The notes beneath the pieces were generated by a model, which was given only the letters and a program-made list of their open reading frames with translations, was not told the origin of the DNA and ran no database searches. Positions 1 to 12,301 of a stretch of DNA of 64,000 nucleotides are shown here, piece by piece (the first letter of the stretch is position 1; each line of letters opens with the position of its first letter). The translations under genes and the position numbers were made by a program. Source of the stretch: Hypanus sabinus (Eukaryota); contig NC_082713.1 of NCBI RefSeq assembly GCF_030144855.1, positions 156,860,001 to 156,924,000 on the forward strand, given 5' to 3'.

Positions 1-399
1 GAAAATAAACAATGTTTACAAAGTACTTCTATCTAGCTTTTAGTCTTCTGATGTATTCTCATTTAACATGATATTGTTTCATATTTTGTCAAAGTTGGAA
101 CATCTGAAATTTAATGGTTTAGTTAATGGGAACAGATTTTTTTAACTATTCAATCATAAAATGGTCTATTTCACATTCACCTTTGTTTGGGGGAAAGACA
201 ATCTATTTAGATCAATATAAATTCATCCATGATGTCTAAAGGATCTGTGGCATACCTATAACTTAAAATATTTTATTAATTTTTTTAATTAGCAAGTCAG
301 TTAATTTGATGCAATCTGATATTAACATTGATCTTTCAAGCTCAATGGGAGCTACAGTTGCAATTCTTTCAGAAGATTTTTATAAGATTGTGCAATAAA

Positions 400-1095
400 G
401 CTTGAGAGAGGCCCTTCAGTCCAACTCATCTGTGCACTCCATAATTCCCTTCTAAGCAAGTCACATTTACTTGTGTTTGGCCAATATAAACCTTTTTTAT
501 CCATGCACCTGCCCTACTAACTTTTAAATGCTATTAATATTCCTGCCTCGACATGAGGCACCACAGTCCATGTGCTGACCACTCTCTGGGTGGAAAATGT
601 TACCCATTAGACTCCTCTTAAATCTCTCCCTTCTCACCTTAAACCTATACTCTCTAGTTCTTGATTCCCCAACCCTGGTGCATTTGGTACATTGATCCTA
701 TCTAAGTACTTTGCACATTAGATACATTGGCTCTATCTATGCCCACTTGATTTTATACACCTCTCTGTTATCACCTCTTAATCTCATATGCTCCAAGTAA
801 TAAAGTCCCATGCATTTCAAATTCTCTCCATGACTCAGACCCTTGAGTGGTGGCAACATCCTCCTGGAATCTCCTCTGTACTCTTTCTGGCTTAATGGCA
901 TCTTTCCTTTAGCAAGGCAACCAACGTTGAACACAATATTCCAAAAGATGCCTCACCAACACTTTACAACTGCAACATCCTTAAGTTTGTACTCAATGCC
1001 CTGACTGATGAAGGCACACCAAAAACCTTATACACCACCTTGCCTACCCATGACACCATCTTTGGCGAACCATTTACTTGTACACTGAGGTCCCA
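400..1095 (-). mobile_element. Old CR1-type LINE 3' fragment
   Basis: Resembles the reverse complement of the CR1 3' ends at 44140-45132 and 49000-49628. Confidence 0.6.
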
Positions 1096-1099
1096 GGAC

Positions 1100-1540
1100 A
1101 AAATATTGAAGAACCACTTGTGCTTATATCGCATTTTTCTTAACTTCTGGGCAGCTAAGACAGTTTGGAATCAATGAACCACTTTGTAATTACTGTTTTA
1201 ACATAGGGACAGAACAGTCAATTTCCAAAGAAGTTCTCCATGCTGTAACAGCCAGATTTTGTTTGTTGATTGAGTGCAAAACATTGACTCAAACACCTTT
1301 AATGTTGCCCCCACCTTTATTCAAAATGTTCCAAATGAAGTAGTTCAGATTGAACTGAGAGCACAAGTATAGAATCGGATGGCAGCTCATCAGGGGAAAA
1401 AAGAGTTTCTGATAATACTGTGTCATCAGCACTGTGTTAAGATCAGATTTGGTTCCCTGAATCCAGAGCCGTTGCTGACTTGGAACTGAAAGCACGATCT
1501 TGTGAGCTAAAGGTGGGTGAGTCTAATGACTCTGATCATT
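1100..1540 (-). mobile_element. Highly decayed Deu-domain SINE (SacSINE/AmnSINE-like) remnant
   Basis: Weak recalled similarity to the Deu-SINE consensus; not aligned computationally. Confidence 0.3.
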
Positions 1541-1571
1541 AGACTTTTTTAGTCGAAATGCGGTTCGCTAG

Positions 1572-1990
1572 CATAAGAACATAAGAAATCAGAACAGGCG
1601 AAAATCAACCAAATGTTCAAGCCGCTCCACTGCACAAGGTCCGATCAGCGATTATCTCAATGTCAGTTTCTCGACAACTCCACAATCGCTAAAACAATAT
1701 TTTTTTAAAAAAAATCTCAGCCTGAAGTACCTTAATGACTCAGAATCCGTGACTCTCTGGAATTGAAAACTCCAAAGAATTGCAACAATGACTGAGCGAA
1801 AGAAAAATCTTCTAATACGGCCTAAAATGGATGTCCCCGTATCCCAAGGCAATGCCCAAGTTCCTGATTCTTTCACCAACAAAACATTTGTAGAATCTAT
1901 CCCGTGAACTCTTTCATAATTTTGTTTTAATAGCACCAGCGTTTTTTAAAACTTCATCTTCACAAAATAACCCCTCATCCCAGAGAACGA
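1572..1990 (-). mobile_element. Decayed CR1 3' end
   Basis: Starts with a cataagaacataagaaat tail like the one at 38851. Confidence 0.5.
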
Positions 1991-2059
1991 GCTAGATTAA
2001 TTTATTTCTAATTTTTCCTACCGCGAAGCTAGCATTTATGCAGTGTCCTTGCCTGCATT

Positions 2060-2215
2060 TATCACTTAGCCAGCAGCGCCAATAGTGGATTATTTGAAAT
2101 TCGTCCTGTTGCTATTTGTGGGACCTTTCTGTGCTCAGGTTAAGTGGGTGCGTTTGCTACATTTGAAAAGTACTCGGAACTTGCATTGGTCGTGCAAGGC
2201 TACAAATAAATGTCG
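2060..2215 (+). mobile_element. Deu-SINE 3' remnant upstream of the gene
   Basis: ttgctatttgtgggacctttctgtgc...gcgtttgctacatt...aaaagtact...cattgg resembles the Deu-SINE 3' part as recalled. Confidence 0.35.
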
Positions 2216-2249
2216 GCGTTTTCCTGTTAATCGGTTGAACTCTTATTAA

Positions 2250-4560
2250 ACTTGTCAATGTTTACAGTAGTAAAGATGTTCAAGTGCGCCGTTTTGGACT
2301 CCAGCTTTTAACACCAAACAAACCCGCCCACCACCGCCGCAGCAACCCCCTCCAACCCCAATGTTTGTATTTTGCACACACCCGTTTTGATTTGGACTGC
2401 TCGGGTTGACCTGAAACTTACCGCCCTCTGCAGGTGGATTTCATTGCCGTGGGCTTTGTAGTGAGGAAGCAGAAATAGTCGGAACTGAATGGAGCTGAAA
2501 CACTGCCTTGGAGTATCTGAAACGAGAACTCGAACCGGACGGAATATTTTTCTCTTTTTATCTGTGTATAAACGGCAGAGAAGCACGTAGACGGCAAAGG
2601 CGAAAAGCGCGCAGGAGTTGGTGTTAAACGGCGGACACTGAGAATTGAAAAGATTTCTAATCATTAATTTCTGCAAGACCACTGGATATTCTGGTTTCAA
2701 CAATCGATTTTATTTTACGGAAGTTCTGGTAGCAGAAGCATCGCTCACCCCCACCCATCCATACAATTAAAAAATGTAAGTCTTGATCTTACATCGAGGT
2801 CCCCTTGAATACACAATAGCTGACGGTTATGAACCACCCACACGGTCTCAGAACAAGGAAGTCCAACTGCGCCCTCAGTCTTGCGAGTGCCTTCATATAT
2901 TCTGTCTATAAATGTATATGAAAACGATCTCGTCTTGGTACTGTACTGCAAATAGTGGAGAAGTGGAATATGTTAAGGTGTTACATCGTCTACAGCATCG
3001 TCAAGCGTGATTACGTTTCCTGAACTTGTTGCTGGTGGACTGAAAGCTCTATTGAGGGACTCTCCTGTCACTGATCCGGTACAGGTTATTCGCATTTTTT
3101 ATACATAGCATACATTGATAATGCACATAATGTATATAAAATCGTGGATTGCACCGATACAGGTCTGAAACCTCTAACCATCGGACAAGTGGCCGATGCT
3201 TCAGAGAGGTACGACAACAAATAGTTAAAATGTTCTTTTGATAACACTTGGTAAATGTGCGTCTGCTTCTGAAGTTGATGTCTGGAGAAACACAGCTGCA
3301 ATAAGACGGTACTCTTTAAAATGCATGTGTATACAGATCTACAGAGATAGACAATGCTGCAAAATAAAAACCCTGAATCTTGACAATCGTTTGAATTAGG
3401 GGGCTTGCCTTTATTTTATTTCCCAACTCGTGCAAATTACATTCCCATTCTGGTTTGTTTTATCTTTCTAGATGTCAGACGCGCAACATCCAGCCTGGTT
3501 TTGAGTCAGGAGCGACCCGTTTCTCTCCAGCCACCCACCCATCCCGGTCAGATCGCAGTAATTCGTAAGGATGGCAGCAGGAGTAGCAGCCTGGCTGCCG
3601 TTCGCCCGGGCGGCGGCTATCGGGTGGATGCCGGTGGCTAGCCACCCCATGCCCGCCGCCCCCAGCGACAGAAAGCGGCCGCAGGACGGGCTGGTCATCC
3701 TCAACGTGAGCGGCAGGCGCTTCCAGACGTGGCGGAGCACTCTGGAGAGGTACCCTGACACCTTGCTGGGCAGTTCGGAGAAGGACTTCTTCTACAACGA
3801 CGAGATCAGAGAGTATTTCTTTGACCGGGACCCGGACATCTTCAGGAACATCTTGAATTTCTACCGCACCGGCAAGCTGCACTACCCGAGGCACGAGTGC
3901 ATCTCGGCTTACGACGAGGAGCTCTCCTTCTTCGGCATCATCCCGGAGATCATCGGCGACTGCTGCTATGAGGAGTACAAGGACCGAAAGCGCGAAAACG
4001 TCGAGCGCATCATGGACGACGCCGAGGACGAGCTGAGCAGCGAGAACCGCCTGCCGTCCATGACGGCGCGCCAGAAGGTGTGGCGGGCTTTCGAGAACCC
4101 GCACACCAGCACCCTGGCGCTCGTGCTCTACTACGTCACCGGCTTCTTCATCGCCGTGTCGGTGATGGCCAACGTGGTGGAGACGGTGCCGTGCGGCGCC
4201 ATGCCGGGCAGCGTCAAGGAGCTGCCGTGCGGCGAGCGCTACGCCCTGGCCTTCTTCTGCCTCGACACGGCGTGCGTCATGATCTTCACCGTCGAGTACC
4301 TGCTCCGCCTCATGGCGGCCCCCAGCCGCTACCGCTTCGTCCGCAGTGTCATGAGCATCATCGACGTGGTGGCCATCATGCCCTACTACATCGGGCTGGT
4401 GATGACCGACAACGAGGACGTGAGCGGCGCCTTCGTCACCCTGCGGGTCTTCAGGGTCTTCCGGATATTTAAATTCTCCCGCCACTCTCAGGGCCTGCGC
4501 ATTCTGGGCTACACCCTCAAGAGTTGCGCCTCCGAACTCGGCTTTCTCCTCTTCTCCCTT
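2250..4560. promoter_or_regulatory. CpG-rich promoter/5' region and CpG island over the KCND coding exon
   Basis: CpG is frequent from ~1500 to 3570 and GC/CpG is very high at 3590-4520, against a CpG-depleted AT-rich intron. Estimated by eye; the TSS cannot be determined. Confidence 0.55.
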
Positions 4561-4682
4561 ACCATGGCCATTATCATCTTCGCCACTGTTATGTTTTATG
4601 CCGAGAAGGGTTCCACTGCCACCAAGTTCACCAGCATCCCGGCTGCTTTCTGGTACACGATTGTCACCATGACCACTTTAGG
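3571..4682 (+). CDS. KCND2: Voltage-gated K+ channel Kv4.2 (Shal family), first coding exon: N-terminus, T1/BTB domain, S1-S5 and pore helix
   Basis: The ORF begins [23 protein letters not shown] (Kv4 KChIP-binding N-terminus) and contains the T1 zinc site H-x5-C-x20-CC, S4 [14 protein letters not shown], and ends TIVTMTTLG at GG|GTAAGT (phase 2). [38 protein letters not shown] and IPAAFW match Kv4.2 rather than Kv4.3. Family assignment is near certain; paralog assignment is about 0.8. Confidence 0.93.
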
Positions 4683-4688
4683 GTAAGT
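4683..4688 (+). other. 5' splice donor (GTAAGT) opening the long KCND intron that runs past the window end
   Basis: Consensus GTAAGT sits at the conserved Kv4 intron position in TTLG/YG. No YGDMVP-encoding exon was seen downstream. Confidence 0.93.
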
Positions 4689-6544
4689 GATTGGGGTTTC
4701 TTTGCACTGTGGCTGGTTTAAGTTTGCCTCCTTCCAGTTGTGTGTTTTACTTGTGCTTCGCAATGAGTGGAAGTTTTTGATTTGGGTACCACTGGTTCAT
4801 TGGCTACCAAAGGTAGGATTTATTATCATCTCGACTTTTCTTGAGTTACTTTGGAGTAAACTTTTGTCGCAGATGGCCAGCCTTGGGTTTCAGTATGCAG
4901 TACTTATTGAAAGTGTATTGTTTTTAAGGGTTCTCTAAATTGATCTGTTGCTTGTGTAGAAAGTGTGAAATTGTTTGTAATAACAACCAATGTAATCTTC
5001 ATACATCTGGATGAATATCTGAAGTATTTGATAATTCAATCTGTTTGCTTGACATAATTTTGGAAACTTTACAACTTAACTTTTTTCCCCACCAAAATTT
5101 TATGTTTTACAAATAAATAAACATTCAATTAAAGAAGTATGTCTTGGTATTGCCACCAAGGCCCGGTTGCCATGGGGAAAATTTGTTGAGAAGCTCAACA
5201 CTTCTGAGATGTTGGACTGCAAAATTGCATTTATCTTTTGCTATCATCTGATATTATATACTTGTGATTCAGCAAATATGGATGGGTGATTAGTAAAATA
5301 TGAGACAGCTTGGAGAACCTGATGCTGCTATTGTGATGAATATGACTGTCTTTCCCACTTGTTATCTAATCTAATAGAACAAAGCAGTCCATGTGCAGTT
5401 GAATGATTGAAGTCTGAAATTTTGGTCAATGATGTCTAACTTAATGTCAATTATGTGAGTGAATTCATGTACAATTCCCATACTAGTAACAACCTTTTAG
5501 CTGTAAATTTCTATTTGTATACAAAAACAATAGAAGTTAATAGCTTTTTCATCTTGTGTGACAGATCTTACTGGTAAACTTCTGGTGATAGGACAATGAA
5601 CAACTGGAGCTAATGACAGCATCTCCTTAGTTGAGTACGTATACTCAATTAAGCTAGTTTTATTTTAGTTCTGTTTAAGATGCATGTGAATGTACACATT
5701 CTAAACCACGATGTGTAATTTCACAAAACCATGGTGCAGTTTAGATTATATGTGGATCAGGTCTTGAGTGAGGTGTATATATTGTCCTGTGAAGGCCTAA
5801 ATATGGAGTTTAAAAAGTAGGAGCATTTGAAATTGCTGGATAGTCAAGAGACGGTGTTGTCAAGATGTAGTTTATTAATTCTCTAAGATGAGACCAAGAA
5901 CTGGCATGATTCTAGAGGAAAGTTGTTGGAGAGCCACGATAGGATAAATGATTCGACACTACTCTGCAAATGACAGTTTCCAAGAAAATTTCATTATGCT
6001 GCGTGAAGCTGCCAAAAGTTTGCATCATAAGTTAATAGAATAAACCTGTATAATTTTAGTTAACCCTTCTGAAATTGTGGGTCAATTAAAATTCTGCACT
6101 ATATTACAAGAAAGGTATCAGTGCTCCAAGTAGCTCACAACAATATTCATTTGTCACCTGTTACCCAGGTTCAGCACACTGTTTGGCTATTGCTTATGGG
6201 CTTAGGGATGGAATTTTCATGTCTGATCCAGAATCTCGTTGTACTGAGTGATAAGATTGTGCTTAACCCAGTGTCTATCTTGAGTATTATTCCCTGCAAG
6301 TAGTGCCAGACAAACCATCTACTCCATGTTTTCAATTGGATTTGAAGCTATGACCTTTCAAGAAATTGCGTAAATCTAAGTGATGTCTGGTACCCTGGAT
6401 TGTCCCGAAGACCTCTTTGACGGGTGGCATTGTTTGAATCAAAAGTTTTAGGAAAGTCTTCAAAATTTGATACATTTACTTCAAACAATGTAATGATGTA
6501 AACTGATTAAAAACACTACTTCTTCCCCCAAACTCCATTCTTAC

Positions 6545-7330
6545 CACATTCTACCAGAGCACCATCGAGAATAAATGGAACAGCTGCAGCATCATCATCT
6601 CCTATGAGAAGGGAACTGCAGTGCATCAGATCACAAGACCCTGCACCAGATAGTGAGGACTGCTGAAAACATTGTCATGGTCTCTCTTCCTCACTCCCCC
6701 CACCCCCGGAAGCATGATTCTGATCTGTTCAGGATATGTATCAGAAGCACTGCGTACATAGTGCCTCCAGCATTGTCAAAGACTCGGAAAGCTACAGCAC
6801 AGACTTCCTCTCCTTTCCATTATCTCTTTGATCTCCTGGCGTCAAGCAGAAGGTACTGCAGCATAAGAACCAGAACTGCCAGGCTGGGTAACAGCTTCTT
6901 CCCCAGGCTGTTAGACTTATTAAACATCCTGCTGCCACCCAGCACACATGTACGCCCTATCTCAATGTCCTGAATCCACCCCTCCACTCCCCAACTCTCA
7001 TATACACTCTCATCTAGCTCTGGTCACTTTTCATTTTATATTGCTGCTGTATCACATATTTATAGAACTGCTTGATTTATTATAATAGCGTAAGTAACAT
7101 TATACTGTCTTACCTAAATATGCACCTTACACTTTCTGTCATCTTGTCAATATTCAAGCTAAGTTACTCAAGGACTTGTGCTAATTTTATTTTGTGACTA
7201 TGTACTGGATCGTGACTATATGCTGTGTGTGTCTATATGTACTATGTTTTGCATCTTGGTCCTTGAGGAACATCATCTTGTTTAGCTGTATACATGTGTA
7301 TCATTGAATAACAATGAACTTGAATTTGAA
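6545..7330 (+). mobile_element. Rex1/Babar-type LINE 3' fragment
   Basis: ORF remnant HYLFDLLASSRRYCSIRTRTARLGNSFFP is typical of the Rex/Babar C-terminus; gaacttgaa-type tail. Confidence 0.7.
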
Positions 7331-8483
7331 AAGTAGTTTAAAAATTTCTTAAAAATGCAAACTATTTATTTAAGTTAACTTTTGCATTTCCAATTCAAAT
7401 TAAGGAGTTGCACTAAATAGACCAGTATTGCTGAGCACAATGTATCAAACCCTTCAGTTTAGCATGGTTGAGCTCTCCCTCAGATTTGGTACTGAGTCCA
7501 GCACATTTCATACTATCATGCTTTTGGAGCAGAGCTGTGGAAATTAAGACATGCTGAAGAGCAAAGAGCATATGGGCAACAAGTCCCTATGGAATTCTGG
7601 TACAATGCATTGTTAACCCAGCATTTCTTTTCATGAACTTCACTGAATTGTGACCTACGGTACAAAAATATTCAGATTTCCTCCCGTTGGTCTTAAGGTT
7701 GCTGAGGCATTTCTGGTGTGGAATTTTCTTTCTAATGTTTTTGAACTTGATATTTGAATGTTTTGTATGGCAATATAGTGAACATAGGATATTTTACTTC
7801 ACTTGTTATTGAGAAAATGATACATAACTGGATATATAAGGTATTTAACAAATCACTTAGCGAGAGATAATTTCAGAGATCAATACAGCATGATTACAGG
7901 CCCTTTGGCCAAAACGAGCCCATATTGACCTTGTAATAGTTGCTCCCAACATGGGATTTTGAGCAGATCATTTCAACCGCTTGTAAGTACTTTTAACGTT
8001 CAATTACAACAGAAAGATATCAATATTAAATTTTCTTCCGGCATTATTTGTATTTATTTTCTCTCTAGAAATAGAGAGGAAATGGAAATATCCTACTTAA
8101 TCTCAGTTCATTCTGTACATGGTACAGCTATTATAGAAATAGGCTTATCAAATTGATTGCTATCCTTAATCTTTGTATGCACACAGATAAATTGTTAAAA
8201 CAATAATTGCTGTTTTTAAAAGACAGAACACTTTTGATGTTTGACTCAGATAGAATTAACATGAGTTATAATAGATCTACCTGAATTAATGATGCATAGT
8301 TGAAAACTGCTCATGGTAATTCATGTTTCTTATTAGAGTGATGTACCACCTAATGCCACTTTCTTGATAAAAATTTGAGGCATTCGTCTTCACCACTTTG
8401 GTGGTTTGTAGAAATTCACTATGCCTTTTTCAGTCTTTATCCAGAATCTAGCTTTGCACAGGCAGTAATATCTATTCTACTTG

Positions 8484-8912
8484 CTTACTACCTGTTACAC
8501 CACTGGCATTTAGGGCAGCAATAAAGGTCCTCCATCTCTGGTGGTGTTCAGGGCTTCCTTCGTCATGTCGGTAGCTTCCTCTTGGTGTTCACTACTGTCA
8601 GTCATACAAGTCCTGGGTGGAGATTTAGGAATACTGTCACCCTCAGATGTGGAAGGATTGTTCATTGCTGTTACTGTAACAATTTGTTTTACCACTCAGA
8701 GTTGTTAGTCCTGAGCTGAACCCCCCCCCCCCCCAAAAAACTGGAGGGCCAAAAATCACTCTTAGTCTGGCCTCTATCCTTTGACCTGTTTGGCATGGGT
8801 GACCCTAATAAAAGGCAATGCATAAAGCCCCGACTCCAGCCGATATAGCTGTCCAGGTTATTGAGTCATGCAAGCCTTCAAACCCAACAACAAGGTTGTG
8901 GTCCTTGTGGAG
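8484..8912. repeat. Interspersed repeat, probably a non-autonomous retroelement (RTE-associated?)
   Basis: GC-richer block with sharp edges in AT-rich intron; family not firmly identified. Confidence 0.35.
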
Positions 8913-10385
8913 GATATCTATTCAAATATGTCAATTATTTCCTTTTGTGGCATCACTATAAAAATAGACTTTGGGTACTATTGCCATAATAATGCTATAA
9001 TGTGCTGGAACAAAGCCATGTGGCTTTGGTAGGAAATGAACCATACCATTTACATCTCTGTGTCTCCATACTCTAATATGATCTTGTGAAAATCTGGGCC
9101 AAGTGTAGTTTAATGTTAACAATTTAAGTGGGTAATTTTATCAAAAGTGCTGAAGTGGAGTGTGCTTTAAGGCAAACTAAAACATAAAGTTGTAAATAAT
9201 TACATGGCAGCTTTTTTTTCTGTTACTTAAAAAAACGGAAGTTCATCAGGATTTAGAGGCTTTTTGTATTTTTGTCCAAAAGTGTCCTAAATTTATAAAG
9301 TGTAAATAAGAAGAAATCCAATTATTCATCAGCACAGATGTAAAATCTAATGGATTTTGTGCAAATATTTGAGGATAGTTATGATTTTTGTGGTCAATCT
9401 CATTAATGAGTTGTAGCTCTGAAGCATGCCTTAATAATATATTACCTCATCAATATGTACAGTATGCTAGTTCTAAGTGTAGTGATTCTTAATGGAAATG
9501 GAGTCAAAAAAGGAGTATCAAATTTAAGTTTCATAGCAACTGTTGAAGGCACTGAATTGCTTCCAGTGTAATGACTAATGCAGACTTATCTGTATTGTAA
9601 ATGATCACAGTCATCGTATTGGGATGGGCACTAGCACAATTTTAGAGTATACTGATTAAAAAGCTGTGCGGTAGTATTGTCTAATATATTGTATTGACAC
9701 CACCTCTGTCAAATTTGGGGTAATACACTTTGCCTAACAAGCTACCTTAACAGTGCACAGTTGAAACTGTGTTTAGTAGCAGGAAAAATTTTGGCTACAG
9801 ACCAGGTATCATCAAGACTACCCCGTAAATTCTTCAGCTTTTTCTACTTGTGTTATTACTTAATAGTTTTTAGCTTAGCTCTTTAGAAGTGGGAAGGTCT
9901 ACAGAGCACTTGTAAAGTGTGCCATGAGCTCGATTTCTGCATAAAACTTTTGCTTCCAAACATTGGTACATTTATTATTCCACACAAACAGCATGGCAAT
10001 TGTGCTTAGATAGTCACATAGTGAATCTAATAGCTTAGAACTAGGCATCAGGGAAGTTCTGTGCACTATTAGCAATAGAGTTATACTTCACCTTTATCTG
10101 TAATGGACTAACATTTCCTTCTCTGTGGCTCACTATCAAACAGGAATGCAACCCAGATTCAATGAGAAATGTAGAAGGATTTACGGGAGCAGTACCAGGT
10201 ATACCTAGAAATTAGGTGCTAGTTAAGTTCCAGCGTGAGATGATGTGTGTGCCATATGATTAATCACAGTATGCAGTAGACAGAATTACTGTAATAAATA
10301 TCAGGTCAAAACTCTGCAGTTATTACCATTTCTAGTTGTGGATAGTGGTTAGTTAAACTTGTGATGAGAGCAAGAAGCAGCAAGA

Positions 10386-10726
10386 AGTCGCCTCCTACAT
10401 TTACACACAGTCCAGTGGTCATGGAGCATATGGATCTTGGACCTGCAGAAAGTGTCCACAGCAGGGGTGATTGATAAGTTTGTGGCCTAAGGTAGGAGAT
10501 AAGTTATTAACTTCAAACTTTCTGCATAATCACTCAAAGAGTTAACCTGCATGTGCATGTAACGAGAGCTGTATAACTCATCTCCTTCTACCTTAGGCCA
10601 TGAACTAGGGTAGACTAATGGACTGTGTAAATGTAGGAGCAGACTATGTTGAAAAATAAATGTGCTAGGTTTTCTAAAATTGACTCCTTCTACCTTAGGC
10701 CATGAACTTATCAATCACCCCTTGTA
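10386..10726. mobile_element. Mariner-derived MITE with internal rearrangement
   Basis: TIRs aggggtgattgataagtttgtggcctaaggtag (10463) and ctaccttaggccatgaacttatcaatcacccct (to 10722). Encodes the mariner-like C-terminus CVNVGADYVEK* at ~10627-10660. Confidence 0.75.
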
Positions 10727-10799
10727 TGAAGACAGGGTCAAAATATTTGCAGACATGTTCAGGTAGATATGCCAGATAGATAATTCTTCTCAGCTTCCT

Positions 10800-11420
10800 T
10801 CTGAGATATCTCAACACAGGAGCCAGTCTTCAGCCAACTTATCTCAATTCACATCACATAAAGAAATGATTGAGAGATCAGGATAAAGTAAAAGCTAGAG
10901 GACGGGATGACACCTCGAGTATGATATTGTAGATCTGTGCTCAAGAACCAGTAATGCTTCTAGTTAACCTCTTTTTTTGCCCATTACACCACTGGCATTC
11001 ATCCAACCAGCAGCAAAGTGCCTAGATGTGACCTGTTCACAAAAAAAGCAGGACAATTCCCTTCCAGTGAGTTACTGATCAAAGACTATCACCGTAAGTA
11101 GTGAATCCTTTCACATTTCGTGCTTGGTGGCAGCAGTGCAAGCCATCTACAAAATACACTGTATGCTTTCACATCAGCTGTTTCAAAGGCACAAACACAC
11201 CTGCAGCATTTACCACCAAGTAAGGAGGTAGGCACAAGGGAATGTCACTATTTGCATTTGCCAATCCATCTATTGCTCTTTCTATTTTTGCCTGATATGT
11301 TTTGGATTTCCTCTCCAACAATATTGACCTTCACTAGAACGACTGCAGGAGTGGAAGAAGGGTGCTTGCCACAACTTCTCAGGGGCAAATAACTGTTGGC
11401 CTTGCCATTAGTGTGCATAA
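10800..11420 (+). mobile_element. Very decayed LINE RT and 3' remnants, same family as 17490-19220
   Basis: Shares tgtgctc..agaac, cctgttcacaa and ggcat motifs with 17630-17750. Confidence 0.4.
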
Positions 11421-12139
11421 CTGAAAACTTTGTTACGCACTCAGTCTTAGTTAACAAATCTGGAGATGCAATTACTTGCAATTACTTAATGTCATGTGAT
11501 GAGGTGCAGATCACAGAACCATTCTATTACTTGAATGAATGAAATTATTTTATTTTGGTCAGTACAAACATAACAAAAAGCATCATTTCTAATGATGATT
11601 TCATAGGACAAAATTACAATGAAAAGCATAGATATTCGTTAAAACAGACTGAAAGGGTGAAGGCTGAAGCTACAGGTTATTATGCCTACCCCTCTTGTAC
11701 AACAACATATACAACATCAATCATCATATCAAAACAAAAAATTTCATAATCTTTTAACACAAAATCCAATTCCAAATATAATTTATTTACATTACTCCCA
11801 TTCATTTTAAATCATGTATTTTATATTTGTTCATTAAGTATTTTTTAAACTTAAGTTTGGTGCATGTTTTTAAATCCTCACTACAACTGTTTCATAGATT
11901 CACCCCTGACTGAAATACAATAATATTTTATATTTGTTCTTTTCCTTTATTTTTGAAATATACATGTTCCTCTCAAATCATGTTGACTTTCTCTCATTTT
12001 AAACAACCTTTGGATACTATGTGGTAGCTGTCCAGTTTTTTACTTTATACATGATTTGTATTATTTTAAAATCTACGAAATCTCTGAATTGAATAAATAG
12101 TGGATTGGTTGGCTCATAATAACTTGTCTTATTTACTTG

Positions 12140-12301
12140 GCAAACACGAGGAAATCTGCAGATGCTGGAAATTCAACCAACACACACACAATGCTGGTGG
12201 AATGCAGCAGGCTAGGCAGCATCTAAGGGAGAAGTGCTGTTGACGTTTCGGACCGAGACCCTTCGTCAGGACTGCGTTCCACCAGCATTGTGTGTGTGTT
12301 G
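12140..12301 (-). mobile_element. Penelope-like pseudo-LTR with an inverted partial copy and a hammerhead-like core
   Basis: The minus strand reads CAGUC-CUGACGA-AGGGUCUCGGUCC-GAAACGUC. A 30-bp inverted repeat lies at 12178-12207/12272-12301. Confidence 0.8.

Noticed and set aside
3475-4485. 336-aa antisense ORF and the 130-aa alternate-frame ORF over the channel exon
   Set aside because: Expected shadow of a GC3-rich coding sequence; low-complexity product with no recognisable domain.
4684-4686. TAA stop ending the 371-aa ORF, suggesting a truncated channel
   Set aside because: The TAA is inside the GTAAGT donor at the conserved Kv4 intron position.
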